DNA from: an uncultured bacterium
GTDB lineage: Bacteria > Gemmatimonadota > Gemmatimonadetes > Gemmatimonadales > Gemmatimonadaceae
Assembly: GCA_963978095.1 (NCBI GenBank)
Contig: CAXBQP010000029.1
Span: 1-40,935, forward strand
Direction: 5' to 3'
Length of the DNA: 40,935 nucleotides
Shown here: piece after piece, positions 18,651 through 27,987 of the stretch
How positions within the stretch are numbered: the first letter of the stretch is position 1
Layout: every line of letters begins with the position of its first letter
Translations under genes and position numbers: made by a program
The notes under the pieces: model-generated
The model's database searches: none
The model's input: only the letters and a program-made list of their open reading frames with translations
Told to the model about the DNA's origin: nothing

Positions 18651-18712
18651 GGGGTCCTGCGGCGTCCCCCGTCGGCGTGACCAGCCCGTGACGGCGAGCG
18701 GGCGGCGCACCC

Positions 18713-18771
18713 TTGACGCGCGGTCCTATTAGTTGCAATGTGTATATAACGCTAAAAGGAATAAAGGTCCG
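18713..18771 (+). promoter_or_regulatory. AT-rich promoter region upstream of orphan gene
   Basis: TTGACG at 18713, then TATTAGTTGCAATGTGTATATAACGCTAAAAGGAATAAAGG, a strongly AT-rich island in GC-rich DNA ending in SD-like AAAGG. Confidence 0.55.
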
Positions 18772-19140
18772 ATGCTCGCGTACCTGGACGCCCTGATTGC
18801 CGCCGTCGCGGCCAACGACCGCGACGCCATGACCCGGCTCCTCGCCGACCCCAGGGCGCGCGTGTTGACCCGCGCCGTCCGACACGAGGTCCGGGCGCGA
18901 TCGGCGGCGGTGCGCCGCGACACCGACGGCCTGCGCGCATTCGGCGCGCCACTCCCGCTGCTGCAGCTCCGGCACCAGACCGCCCAGCTGCTCGACGGGC
19001 GTACTGACCACGAGGATCCGGTCGAATACCGCCCGCAGGCCCCGGCCGAGGCCCCGGCTCCGGTGCGTCGCGCGCCGTCTGCGGGAGGTGCTCCCGCGCG
19101 ACGGCGCTCCCGTCAGATCGAGTTGCCGCTCTCGGCCTGA
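18772..19140 (+). CDS. Hypothetical protein (122 aa)
   Basis: SD-like AAAGG before ATG 18772, a helical N-terminal part, a Pro/Ala-rich tail ending QIELPLSA, and GC-rich third codon positions. It overlaps the convergent gene by 28 bp. Confidence 0.65.
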   Translation: MLAYLDALIAAVAANDRDAMTRLLADPRARVLTRAVRHEVRARSAAVRRDTDGLRAFGAPLPLLQLRHQTAQLLDGRTDHEDPVEYRPQAPAEAPAPVRRAPSAGGAPARRRSRQIELPLSA

Positions 19141-20564
19141 GGGCGCGCGATCCGTCGCGTCACGGAATTCCCGGGCGTCCCGCGGATCGTCCCGCGACAC
19201 GCCGCCGAGCCACAGCGGCAGGGGAACGACGCCGCCTCCTCGTTCAGCAACTCCGCGAAGTCGATCGTCAGCTCGGTATCGGCGGCGATGTCCTGGAGGG
19301 CGACCACGTCCAACCCGCGAAAGCCGGTGTTGGGGGTGCAGGAGTGGTTCTGCGGCGCCCAATCCGAGGGCTCGTCGCTCCAGAGGACATAGACTTCGTC
19401 GCTCAGCGGGTACGCGTAGTGCTTGAACAGCTCCCGCTGCGCGTCCGTCCAGTGCGCACGGACGTGCGGCCGCGTGGTGATCCGCTGACTGCGCCCCTCA
19501 CCGCGGAAGATCGTCTCGCCGGCCGCGATGGCCCGCACGGCGTAGATCCCGTAGCCGCTGATCGCGCTGCCGCGCATCTCGTAGCACGTCTGCCGACGCG
19601 CATGCCGGGCGATCCCCTCCGCGATGATCCGCAGCAGGAAGCCCCGCTGCCCGATCCCGTCGTGCTTCACGATGTAGTCCGCCGACCCCTCGTAGCCGTC
19701 GGCGTAGAAGACGGAGCACGCGAAATTCACCTCGAGGAAGAACAGCTCGCCGGCCGCGTTCATCCGGAAATCCATCCGTGCGTATCCCACGGCATTGAAT
19801 CCGCCGAAGACCGCGCACGCCGCCGCCTTCAACCGATCGGCGAGCGGCGCGTCCGTGACCGCGACATTGGCCTCGGGATGCAACTCCGACGTCTTGTGCG
19901 CGTAGGTCTTGAACGGCGCCCCCGACGCGAAGCGGTACTCCACCGGGCGGAATGCCTCGCAGCCGCCGTCGGGATCCGCCACGACCAGCACCGTGAACTC
20001 GCGCCCGGCGATGTACTCCTCCACCAGCAGCTCCGGGTACTCCGGCAGGAGCTTGTCCACCTGTGCGCGGAGCGCAACGGCGTCCGCCACCCGCGCCTGG
20101 GCGTCGATCCCCAGGCTGTCACCCGCTTCCGACGGCTTCACGAACAACGGGAACCGGAGCGTCGTCGCGGCCCGCGCCAGATCGGCGTCCGCGTGCGCCG
20201 CACGCACCAGCACGTGCGCCGCAGACGGCACGCCGACCGTGTGCGCCACGTACTTCATGAGCGGCTTGGTCGGATTGTAGAGGGTCGGCGTCGGACCGGT
20301 GTACGGCAGATGCAGCAGCTCAAGCGTGTGGATCACGTCGATCGACGGGATGTCCCACTCGAGGTACCCTTCACACAGATTCACGAAGATGTCGTAGCCA
20401 GCGCCGGCCAGCGCCTTGAGCTGCCGATATGTGCTCCGCTTGTCGAGAGCGACGTGATGCACCTCGTGCTCGGGCACGAGCCGGGCGAGGTCGCGCGCCG
20501 GGTCGTAGTGCTGATAATCGACCGTCGAGCGCGCATAGTCGGGCTGGAGGACGCAGATCTTCAT
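19113..20564 (-). CDS. D-Ala-D-Ala-ligase-like ATP-grasp protein fused to SET and post-SET domains
   Basis: ATP-grasp motifs FPLFVKP, GDSLGI, EEYIAGREFTV, GYARMDFR and LEVN. SET motifs GYGIYA, NHSCTPN and ELTIDF, then post-SET CRCGSAACRG. Start ATG 20564 overlaps the upstream stop (ATGA). Confidence 0.85.
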   Translation of the reverse strand: MKICVLQPDYARSTVDYQHYDPARDLARLVPEHEVHHVALDKRSTYRQLKALAGAGYDIFVNLCEGYLEWDIPSIDVIHTLELLHLPYTGPTPTLYNPTKPLMKYVAHTVGVPSAAHVLVRAAHADADLARAATTLRFPLFVKPSEAGDSLGIDAQARVADAVALRAQVDKLLPEYPELLVEEYIAGREFTVLVVADPDGGCEAFRPVEYRFASGAPFKTYAHKTSELHPEANVAVTDAPLADRLKAAACAVFGGFNAVGYARMDFRMNAAGELFFLEVNFACSVFYADGYEGSADYIVKHDGIGQRGFLLRIIAEGIARHARRQTCYEMRGSAISGYGIYAVRAIAAGETIFRGEGRSQRITTRPHVRAHWTDAQRELFKHYAYPLSDEVYVLWSDEPSDWAPQNHSCTPNTGFRGLDVVALQDIAADTELTIDFAELLNEEAASFPCRCGSAACRGTIRGTPGNSVTRRIARPQAESGNSI

Positions 20565-21646
20565 GCCGGCGCCGCTCCGCCGGCGTGACGCCGTTCGAGC
20601 GCTTCGTCGATGATCTGGCGCACCGCCGTGCTGAAGGGCGTCTCCGCGAAGCGGAGGATCGCTCCGATCGAGGTGTGATTCTCGTCCTCGGACAGCCCGC
20701 ACTGCGCGTTCACCTCGAGCACCTGCAGCGCCCCGGTCGCCCGATCCTGCCGCAGATCCACGCGGCCGTATCCGCGCCCGCCGAGCGCGGCGTATGCTGC
20801 CCAGCTGATGCGCATGATCTCCTCCGCCAGGGCACCGGTCACCGGTTTGTAGTTCCAGAGATACTCATCGTTCCCGATCGGTGCTTCCTGTTCATAGATC
20901 TCCCAGAGGCGATCGAACGAGAGGAATTTCTCGGTCTCGGGAAGCCCCTCGTGGAAGAGTCGTTCGACCGGCGCGTACACGACGCGCCGCGCGGGTGCCT
21001 CGTGCGATCCGATGATGAACGTCGTGAACTCCGGTCCCTGCACGAACCGTTCGACGAAGATCCCGCCATCCCCGAGCTCCCATCCGCGATAGCCGCGTTG
21101 CAGGGTCGCGCACTGCTCACGGAGCGCGTGCTCGTCGCTGACCACATTCCTGGTGCCGATGCCCAGGCTCCCCGCGGAGATGGCAGGTTTGAGGATGAGC
21201 GGCGCCCCCAAGCGGTCGAAGATGCCGGCGATGTTGGCGCCGTCCGGCGGGATGACTTCCCACGGCGACGTGGGCACGTTCGCCCGGGCGAAGGCCCGCT
21301 TCATCACGATCTTCGATGTGGTGATGTCGAAGAAGTGCGCGTCGGCGCCGGTATAGTCGAGTCCGAGCTCGTTGAGCAGGTGGATCACCGAAAGGCCCGG
21401 CGAGCCGTTGCTCTCGTCGCCGTCGCACAGATTGAACAGGATCGGCGCGCGGTCCATCCCCGCGCGCGCCGCGTCCCGTGCGCCCTCGAGCGTGGCGCGC
21501 GCGCCGGCCATCGTGATGGGGGTCCACTGCCACGGGGTCGCGAGCGCCGCGAACGCGCGTGCGTACTCGGCTTCTCCCTGGGAGAAGTCGTTGTAGTAGG
21601 CGAGATTCGGGTCGGTGGTCTCGACCGTCGGGACGAGGACCCACAC
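20561..21646 (-). CDS. D-Ala-D-Ala-ligase-like ATP-grasp protein
   Basis: FNLCDG, YTGAD, PLILKP, SAGSLGI, ERFVQGPEFT, GYGRVDLR and LEVNAQCG. Confidence 0.82.
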   Translation of the reverse strand: MWVLVPTVETTDPNLAYYNDFSQGEAEYARAFAALATPWQWTPITMAGARATLEGARDAARAGMDRAPILFNLCDGDESNGSPGLSVIHLLNELGLDYTGADAHFFDITTSKIVMKRAFARANVPTSPWEVIPPDGANIAGIFDRLGAPLILKPAISAGSLGIGTRNVVSDEHALREQCATLQRGYRGWELGDGGIFVERFVQGPEFTTFIIGSHEAPARRVVYAPVERLFHEGLPETEKFLSFDRLWEIYEQEAPIGNDEYLWNYKPVTGALAEEIMRISWAAYAALGGRGYGRVDLRQDRATGALQVLEVNAQCGLSEDENHTSIGAILRFAETPFSTAVRQIIDEALERRHAGGAAPA

Positions 21647-21772
21647 AGGGCGCGGTGCGATGTCAGCGCTCCGGGTGGCAGCGCGCGCAGGACGGGAAAA
21701 TCATCCGTTCAAACTGCGGTACGTGCCCACACGCGACAAGAGCCGTCCGGGTCGTGCGGCGCGTCGCGCCGA

Positions 21773-22792
21773 TCATGGACGCCGCGCGACCTGCTCGAAG
21801 GGAATATTGCCGATCGGCCATTGGGCCCATCCGACGAGGTCAAAGTGCCACCACTCGGAGGGGTTCACCGTGAACCCTTCGCTCTCCAGCACGGCGCGGA
21901 GCAGGTCGCGGCGCCAACGCTCGAGCGACGTCCCACCCGGATAACCGGGATACGACCGATGCGAGAACTCGTCGTAGCCCCCGGGCATCCGGGCCGGTGT
22001 GCCATCGGCCAACGTGTACAGCGTCAGATCGACGGCGGCGCCGCGATTGTGCTTGGAGCCCGTGGCAGGATTCGCCACGAACTCGTGGTCGGCGCCGGTG
22101 GTCGCGTCCCAGAACATCCGGGTCACGTACCAGGGGCGGTATGCGTCGTGAATGAGCAGCCCGAACCCGTACCCCTTCAACTTCCGGTTCGCCCGGACGA
22201 CGGCGTCGGCCGCCGGGCGCTGCAGGAAGGCGCGCGCCTGCGAATACATGGCGGCGCCCATGAAGTTGTTGTCCGACGCATAGCGGATGTCGAGCCGGAT
22301 CGTGGGGTCGAGGGTGATCAACTCCACAAGGTCGGTCGCGCGCTTCCCCGCTTCGCGTGGCGGGGTCGCCGCACGCGCCGTACGCCGGAGGTCGGGAATC
22401 GGGTGCAACGGGGTGATGCGGAAGGTGACCCCCTCCTCCGTGCCAACGGCAAAGCGGACCGCCGGCTGTCCGCCCGGCACCGAGAGGCGAAGGCTCCCGT
22501 CGATTCGCATGAAATCACGGTCCGGCGTCACCGTGCGATTCCCGCGGCGTGAGAACGCCACCAGGGTGCCGTTGACCTCGGCAACGATCACCGTGTCCGC
22601 CCCGCTCGCGTACTCCCCGACGTACGGGCGCAACGCATCCGGAGCCGCGGGCGGAGCGGCCGCGATGGTGGCCAGCGCGATCGGCGCTGGCGCGATCGGT
22701 TGCACGAGTGACGCGCCCGCCTGTGCCAACAGTGGACTCGACAGGGTGCGTGCAACGATGGCGACGAATGTCGCGTGCCCGACGAACCTCAC
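21773..22792 (-). CDS. M15 D-Ala-D-Ala dipeptidase (VanX/DdpX-like) with signal-like N-terminus and extra N-terminal domain
   Basis: DIRYAS.NNFMG, DAYRP, Zn motif SKHNRGAAVDLTL and EWWHF. Confidence 0.88.
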   Translation of the reverse strand: MRFVGHATFVAIVARTLSSPLLAQAGASLVQPIAPAPIALATIAAAPPAAPDALRPYVGEYASGADTVIVAEVNGTLVAFSRRGNRTVTPDRDFMRIDGSLRLSVPGGQPAVRFAVGTEEGVTFRITPLHPIPDLRRTARAATPPREAGKRATDLVELITLDPTIRLDIRYASDNNFMGAAMYSQARAFLQRPAADAVVRANRKLKGYGFGLLIHDAYRPWYVTRMFWDATTGADHEFVANPATGSKHNRGAAVDLTLYTLADGTPARMPGGYDEFSHRSYPGYPGGTSLERWRRDLLRAVLESEGFTVNPSEWWHFDLVGWAQWPIGNIPFEQVARRP

Positions 22793-22826
22793 GACCCCCC
22801 GGAGCGGATCACAGGGGGCAGGGGAA

Positions 22827-23036
22827 TCAGGCGGCGCCGGCGATGTAGCGGGCGAATCGCCCGCAACTGGTGCATTTCAGCGTCACCTGACACCGCGGCG
22901 GCGGCGGAACATCGCCGGGATCCCGCTCGATCGAACCCGAGCAACTCGGGCAGGAGAGGGGCGATCCGTTGCGGTCGTTGGCAATCAGATTCAGGGCTTG
23001 CGCCGGGTTGAACGAGGCCGGACGAGGCTTGCGCAT
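22827..23036 (-). CDS. Small Zn-ribbon-like protein (69 aa)
   Basis: GGAG SD before ATG 23036, with CPSC and CTSC pairs. Confidence 0.6.
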   Translation of the reverse strand: MRKPRPASFNPAQALNLIANDRNGSPLSCPSCSGSIERDPGDVPPPPRCQVTLKCTSCGRFARYIAGAA

Positions 23037-23188
23037 GCATTCTCCACTGGATAACCCGGGCCCACGCGGCACCGGTTTTACACCCTCGAATCCTAATCAC
23101 GCCGGGTGCAGAATCGTAGTGGTCCGCCCCTCTGTTTCGGCATATGTTCGGGGAAAATCAACTATAAATGACGCTTGGAGTACCCCGA

Positions 23189-24712
23189 TCATCCCGCCAG
23201 GACCGGAAGTTCCCGGATCTTCTTGGCCCACTCCGCCGGTCCGGTCTCGTGGACGTTATGTCCTTCGGCGTCCACCGCGACGGTCACCGGCATGTCGGCG
23301 ACCTCAAATTCGTAAATCGCCTCCATGCCGAGGTCCTCGAAGGCCACGCATCGCGAACTCCGGATGGCCTTGGAGACCAGATAGGCGGCGCCGCCGATCG
23401 CCATGAGGTATGCGGCCTGGTGTTTCCGGATGGCGTCGAGCCCCACGGGACCGCGCTCGGCCTTGCCGATCATGGCGATGAGCCCGGTCTTGGCGAGCAT
23501 CATCTCCGTGAACTTGTCCATGCGGGTGGCGGTCGTCGGCCCAGCGGGTCCGACGACCTCATCACGCACCGGGTCCACGGGGCCGACGTAGTAGATGATC
23601 CGGTTCGTGAAGTCGACGCCGGGCGGCAAGCCTTGGCCGCCCGCGTAGAGATCGGCGATGCGCTTGTGCGCGGCATCGCGACCGGTCAGCAGCTTGCCAT
23701 TGAGCAGCAGCCGATCGCCCGCCTTCCAGCTTTGCACCTCGGTGGGGGTCAGCGTGTCGAGGTTCACATGCTTCGCGTTCCGGTCGGGGTGCCAGGTGAC
23801 GGTCGGCCAGTCGCCGAGCTTCGGCGTGGGGAGGTGCGCCACGCCGGAGCCGTCGAGCGTGAAATGCGCGTGACGCGTGGCGGCGCAGTTGGGGATCATC
23901 GCCACCGGCTTGCTGGCGGCGTGGGTGGGGTAGTCGAGGATCTTGATGTCCAGCACCGTCGACAGTCCGCCAAGGCCCTGCGCACCGATGCCGAGGGCGT
24001 TGACCTTGTCGAACAGCTCGATGCGGAGCTCCTCGATCCTGTTCTGGGGGCCGCGCGCCTTGAGCTGCGTCATGTCGATATGTCCCATGAGCGACTCCTT
24101 GGCGAGCAGCATGGCTTTCTCCGCCGTACCGCCGATGCCGATGCCGAGCATGCCGGGCGGACACCAGCCGGCGCCCATGGTGGGGACGGTCTTGAGCACC
24201 CAATCGACGATGCTGTCGCTGGGATTGAGCATCACGAACTTCGACTTGTTCTCGGAGCCGCCTCCCTTGGCTGCGAGTTTCACCTCGACGGTGTGACCGG
24301 GGACGATCTCGTAGTGGACGACGGCCGGCGTGTTGTCGCGCGTGTTCTTGCGGCTGAAGGCCGGGTCGGACACGATCGAGGCGCGGAGCACATTGTCGGG
24401 CTGCAAGTAGGCGCGTCGGACTCCTTCGTTCACCATATCGGTGACGGACATCGTGGCGTCCCAGCGCACATCCATCCCGACCTTGAGGAATACCACCACG
24501 ATGCCCGTGTCCTGGCAGATGGGGCGCTGTCCCTCCGCGCACATGCGCGAGTTGGTGAGGATCTGTGCGATGGCGTCCTTGGCGGCCGGCGACTGTTCTT
24601 TCTCGTAGGCGTCACCCAGCGCCGTGATGTAGTCGAGCGGGTGGAAGTACGAGATATGCTGCAGGGCGTCCTGGATGGACTGGATGAAGTCGGATTGCGT
24701 GATGACGGTCAT
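23189..24712 (-). CDS. fumA: Class I (Fe-S) fumarate hydratase
   Basis: PICQDTG, KGGGSEN, GWCPPG, NCAATRH, GRDAAH and GPAGPTTATRM. Confidence 0.93.
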   Translation of the reverse strand: MTVITQSDFIQSIQDALQHISYFHPLDYITALGDAYEKEQSPAAKDAIAQILTNSRMCAEGQRPICQDTGIVVVFLKVGMDVRWDATMSVTDMVNEGVRRAYLQPDNVLRASIVSDPAFSRKNTRDNTPAVVHYEIVPGHTVEVKLAAKGGGSENKSKFVMLNPSDSIVDWVLKTVPTMGAGWCPPGMLGIGIGGTAEKAMLLAKESLMGHIDMTQLKARGPQNRIEELRIELFDKVNALGIGAQGLGGLSTVLDIKILDYPTHAASKPVAMIPNCAATRHAHFTLDGSGVAHLPTPKLGDWPTVTWHPDRNAKHVNLDTLTPTEVQSWKAGDRLLLNGKLLTGRDAAHKRIADLYAGGQGLPPGVDFTNRIIYYVGPVDPVRDEVVGPAGPTTATRMDKFTEMMLAKTGLIAMIGKAERGPVGLDAIRKHQAAYLMAIGGAAYLVSKAIRSSRCVAFEDLGMEAIYEFEVADMPVTVAVDAEGHNVHETGPAEWAKKIRELPVLAG

Positions 24713-24772
24713 GGTCGTGGCTCAAGGGTCCGGTCGTGGAATCTAGCCGGCATGCACCCGGATGGGCGCAGG

Positions 24773-25987
24773 TCACATGCGCTGCAGCCGACGGATCGCG
24801 CGGACGCCGAGCACCGGCCCCACGGCCAGCGCGGCAAAGGCCCACGGCCAGCCGGCACCACGCACGATGGGCGGGATCGTCTGGATGGTGACCGTCGTGA
24901 GCAGGAAGCCCAGCGATGTCTGCAGGGTGAGAGCGGTCCCTACGGCATGCGGCTCCACCGATTCCGTGACGAGCACGCTGAACTGCGCGCTGTCGGCGAT
25001 GATGAAGAATCCCCAGACAATCGTCACGGGGGCGAGGATCCAGAGGCTGCGTCCGAAGCTCAGCCCGATGAGTGCACAGCACGTGCCGCTGATCACGAGT
25101 GCGCGGATGACGAGCGGCGCGCGCCCGATCCGGTCGGCGACCCAGCCCCCCCACACGCATCCGATCCCTCCGACGGCGATGACGGCAAAGGAGAGGATGG
25201 CGATCGCCGGAGACGACGGTGCCGTCAGGGCATGGGCGTCCCCCGCGACACTGGCCGCGAGGAAGGCGGGAATCCATGTCCAGTAGGAGTACAACTCCGC
25301 CATATGCCCGAGATAGCCACCGGTCGCGAGCCGCCAACGGCGTGAGCGGAGCACGTCGGTGGCCAACGACCACGAAAAGGGGCGCGGCGGGAACGCGTAC
25401 GGACCGTCGGCATACAGTCCGAAAACCAGCGCGGCGGCCACGAGGGCACTGGAGCACGAGACGACCGTCACGCCGATCACCGTGGCATGCGGGATGGCAT
25501 GCACGAGATATGGCCCGGCTTTTCCGATCGTGAGTGCCCCGACCACAGTTCCGACCGCCAGCCCGCGACGCTCGCGGAACCAGGTGCTGGCCATCTTCAT
25601 CGCCGGGGGATACACCCCGGCAAGGCAGACTCCCGCGACGAACCGACTGGCGATCACCATTGCGAATGATCCGGCCACGGCCATCGGCGCACTCACCAAC
25701 GCTCCCAACGTCGCCGCGGTGGCAAAGAGCAGTCGAGCCGGAATCACGTCGGCGAGGTTGAGCAAGGCCGACAGCGCGGTGCCGATCACGAAGCCGAGTT
25801 GCACGGCAACGGTGAGCATCGCCACCTGGCCACCGGACAGATCGAAGCGTGTCTGCAGTTGCGGGGCGACGGCGCTCCCCGCGAACCAGAGCGACATGCC
25901 CAGCAACTCGGCGGTCGCCAGCAGTGCGAGCATCCGCCATTGGCGCGGTGCCTGGTCGTGCGCGGTTGATGCCAAGGGACTGATCAT
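24773..25987 (-). CDS. MFS transporter
   Basis: About 12 TM segments, with VQLGF, YPPAMK, GYLGHMAELY, ADRIGR and ADSAQFS. Confidence 0.88.
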   Translation of the reverse strand: MISPLASTAHDQAPRQWRMLALLATAELLGMSLWFAGSAVAPQLQTRFDLSGGQVAMLTVAVQLGFVIGTALSALLNLADVIPARLLFATAATLGALVSAPMAVAGSFAMVIASRFVAGVCLAGVYPPAMKMASTWFRERRGLAVGTVVGALTIGKAGPYLVHAIPHATVIGVTVVSCSSALVAAALVFGLYADGPYAFPPRPFSWSLATDVLRSRRWRLATGGYLGHMAELYSYWTWIPAFLAASVAGDAHALTAPSSPAIAILSFAVIAVGGIGCVWGGWVADRIGRAPLVIRALVISGTCCALIGLSFGRSLWILAPVTIVWGFFIIADSAQFSVLVTESVEPHAVGTALTLQTSLGFLLTTVTIQTIPPIVRGAGWPWAFAALAVGPVLGVRAIRRLQRM

Positions 25988-25993
25988 GGCGCG

Positions 25994-27136
25994 TTAGCGG
26001 GGCGCCGAGTCGAGCGACCGGTAGAAGTCGACCGTCGTGCGCGCGATGCTGTCCCACGATGAGGCGACCGCAGTTGCCTGCGCCGCGCACCGGAGCGCCT
26101 GCAGGCGCGCGCGGTCCGTACTCAGCGCGGCGATCACGTCGACGAATCCCTCCACGCTCGGCGGATCGATCAACAGACCAGCGGTCTGGCGGAGCAAGAG
26201 CTCACGACTGGCGCCCGCGTCGGTGGCCAGCGGGGCAAGCCCACACGCCATGCCTTCCACCAGCCCCACACTGAACCCCTCGCTCCAGCTGGGGTGCAGC
26301 AAGAGGTGGCACGCCTGCAGGAGCGTCGGAAGCTCCGCCGCTTGGTAGACCGGCCGCACTCGAATCACCGCATGTGCGCGCGGCGTGAAGTCGGCGAGCA
26401 CACGATCGGCGGACAGGCCCGTGCCCAGAAGGTCAAGCTCGAACGGGACACCCCGGTCGAGCAGTGCCTCGACGACCGCAGCGGTCAACGCGATCCCTTT
26501 GCGTGGGATCCAACTCCCCACGAAGGCGAGGCGCAGGGGCTGTGTCCTGGAGGAGTCCGGTGTCGGGGCGGGCAGGGCTCGCAACGCGTCGGAGACCGCA
26601 TTGGGACGCACCAGAAGTCGGGCCGAGGGGACATGCCATCGGTCGCGCGTGTAGGCGGCATCGCGGGCGTTGAGCATGACGATACCGTCGGCGTGTCGGA
26701 TGGATTGCTCGACTTCCCACAGCCGGTACCATCCGCTGTACAGGCGGTAGCCCAGTGACGGGGATCGTCCGTCCTGCGCCGCGTGATGCATCAGGGCCGC
26801 GTGTGCGGTGTGTTCCAGACCATGCGCCCGCGTCACGATCCGTGGTCCTCCAACGCGGCGCGCGAGCCAGACCCAGGCATCGCCGGTGGTCGCGTCGACG
26901 ACATCGAAGCGATGCCCTTCGCGTTTCAGGAATGCGGCGACACACCACGGGAAGAGCAGCCGATGCCCCCTCGGCGGACCGTCGGGAAAGGCATCCTGGT
27001 AGCCATAGGTGTGCACTTCATGCCCCAGCGCTCGCATGGCGTCGTGCAGGGAGAGCGTCGCGCCGCCGACGCCCGCGTTCCGCTCGACCAAGTGGTGCAT
27101 CACGAACAGGATGCGCAGGTGCGGCGCATGGCTCAT
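25994..27136 (-). CDS. Glycosyltransferase family 4
   Basis: LRILFV, FVGSWIPRKG and PSWSEGFSVGLVEGMACG (EX7E). ATG 27136 overlaps the GT2 stop. Confidence 0.88.
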   Translation of the reverse strand: MSHAPHLRILFVMHHLVERNAGVGGATLSLHDAMRALGHEVHTYGYQDAFPDGPPRGHRLLFPWCVAAFLKREGHRFDVVDATTGDAWVWLARRVGGPRIVTRAHGLEHTAHAALMHHAAQDGRSPSLGYRLYSGWYRLWEVEQSIRHADGIVMLNARDAAYTRDRWHVPSARLLVRPNAVSDALRALPAPTPDSSRTQPLRLAFVGSWIPRKGIALTAAVVEALLDRGVPFELDLLGTGLSADRVLADFTPRAHAVIRVRPVYQAAELPTLLQACHLLLHPSWSEGFSVGLVEGMACGLAPLATDAGASRELLLRQTAGLLIDPPSVEGFVDVIAALSTDRARLQALRCAAQATAVASSWDSIARTTVDFYRSLDSAPR

Positions 27137-27987
27137 CGGTCGGCCTCCCCCATGGCGACGGCGGCGCGCCGCTGCCATGCACCCCAATGCCGCAGCACAT
27201 GAGCCATCTCGGCGATGGTCGAGCAGCCCAGCACCAGGCTGTCGAGGGGCCGTGGCCGCGCGCGCACGGCGCGCGCGCGCGTGCTTCCGATGCGGCGCAA
27301 CAGCATGCCGAGCGAGAGCGGCTCGTGATGCAAGGTCGCATACAGGACCGCCGCGTAATGGGTGCGCGCGAGCGCGCCGCCGAAGGGATTGCGGCGCGGC
27401 GGATGGTCGACGACGGCATCCACGGCAAACTGTTCCCGGAGCGGGACTGCGCGCGCGCGGTGTTGCAGGTCGAGATCTTCGAAGTGCGCGAAGGGGAACC
27501 GTTCGTCGAAGCCCCCCAAGGTCTCGAAGGCCGTGCGTGCCACGAGCACGTTGCAGCTCCAGATGTACCGCCCCTGTTCGTTGATCGGTGCGTGGTCCAA
27601 CGGCGAGGTCCACGGTGCCCGGCAGATCACACGCCCCGGCACGATCTCGGCGTTCGTCGCGATCGCCGGCAGAAATCCCGCGAGCCACCCGGGATCCGGC
27701 ACGCAGTCGTCGTCGACGAACGCGATCCACGGCGCTGTCGTGTGCCGCGCACCGGCGTTCCGATTGCTGGCCGGGCCGCGCCGTGGGCCTGCCTGCCACC
27801 GGACCCACGGATACCGGCTACGTACCATCGAGGCCGTGGTGCTGGTGGGGCTGTCATCGGTGACGACGACCTCGTACGCGGCGGCGTCGAGTGTCTGCGC
27901 GCCGGGGGCGAGTCGGTCCAAGCAACGTGCGAGCGCGGCGGGGCGCTCGTACGTCGGGATGACGACACGGATGCGCGGTGCGGTCAC
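27133..27987 (-). CDS. Glycosyltransferase family 2
   Basis: VVIPTYER, VTDDS, GPASNRNAG, FVDDDC, GGFDERF and FEDLDL. Confidence 0.9.
   Translation of the reverse strand: MTAPRIRVVIPTYERPAALARCLDRLAPGAQTLDAAAYEVVVTDDSPTSTTASMVRSRYPWVRWQAGPRRGPASNRNAGARHTTAPWIAFVDDDCVPDPGWLAGFLPAIATNAEIVPGRVICRAPWTSPLDHAPINEQGRYIWSCNVLVARTAFETLGGFDERFPFAHFEDLDLQHRARAVPLREQFAVDAVVDHPPRRNPFGGALARTHYAAVLYATLHHEPLSLGMLLRRIGSTRARAVRARPRPLDSLVLGCSTIAEMAHVLRHWGAWQRRAAVAMGEADR

Noticed and set aside
19113..22792. Canonical vanHAX glycopeptide-resistance operon
   Set aside because: No vanH, vanR or vanS. The ligases lack Ddl/VanA N-terminal motifs and the peptidase appears exported.
23137..23150. Gram-positive-type LexA box (TCGGCATATGTTCG)
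   Set aside because: Only the right half matches CGAACRNRYGTTCG, and the LexA motif of this lineage is not known to me.
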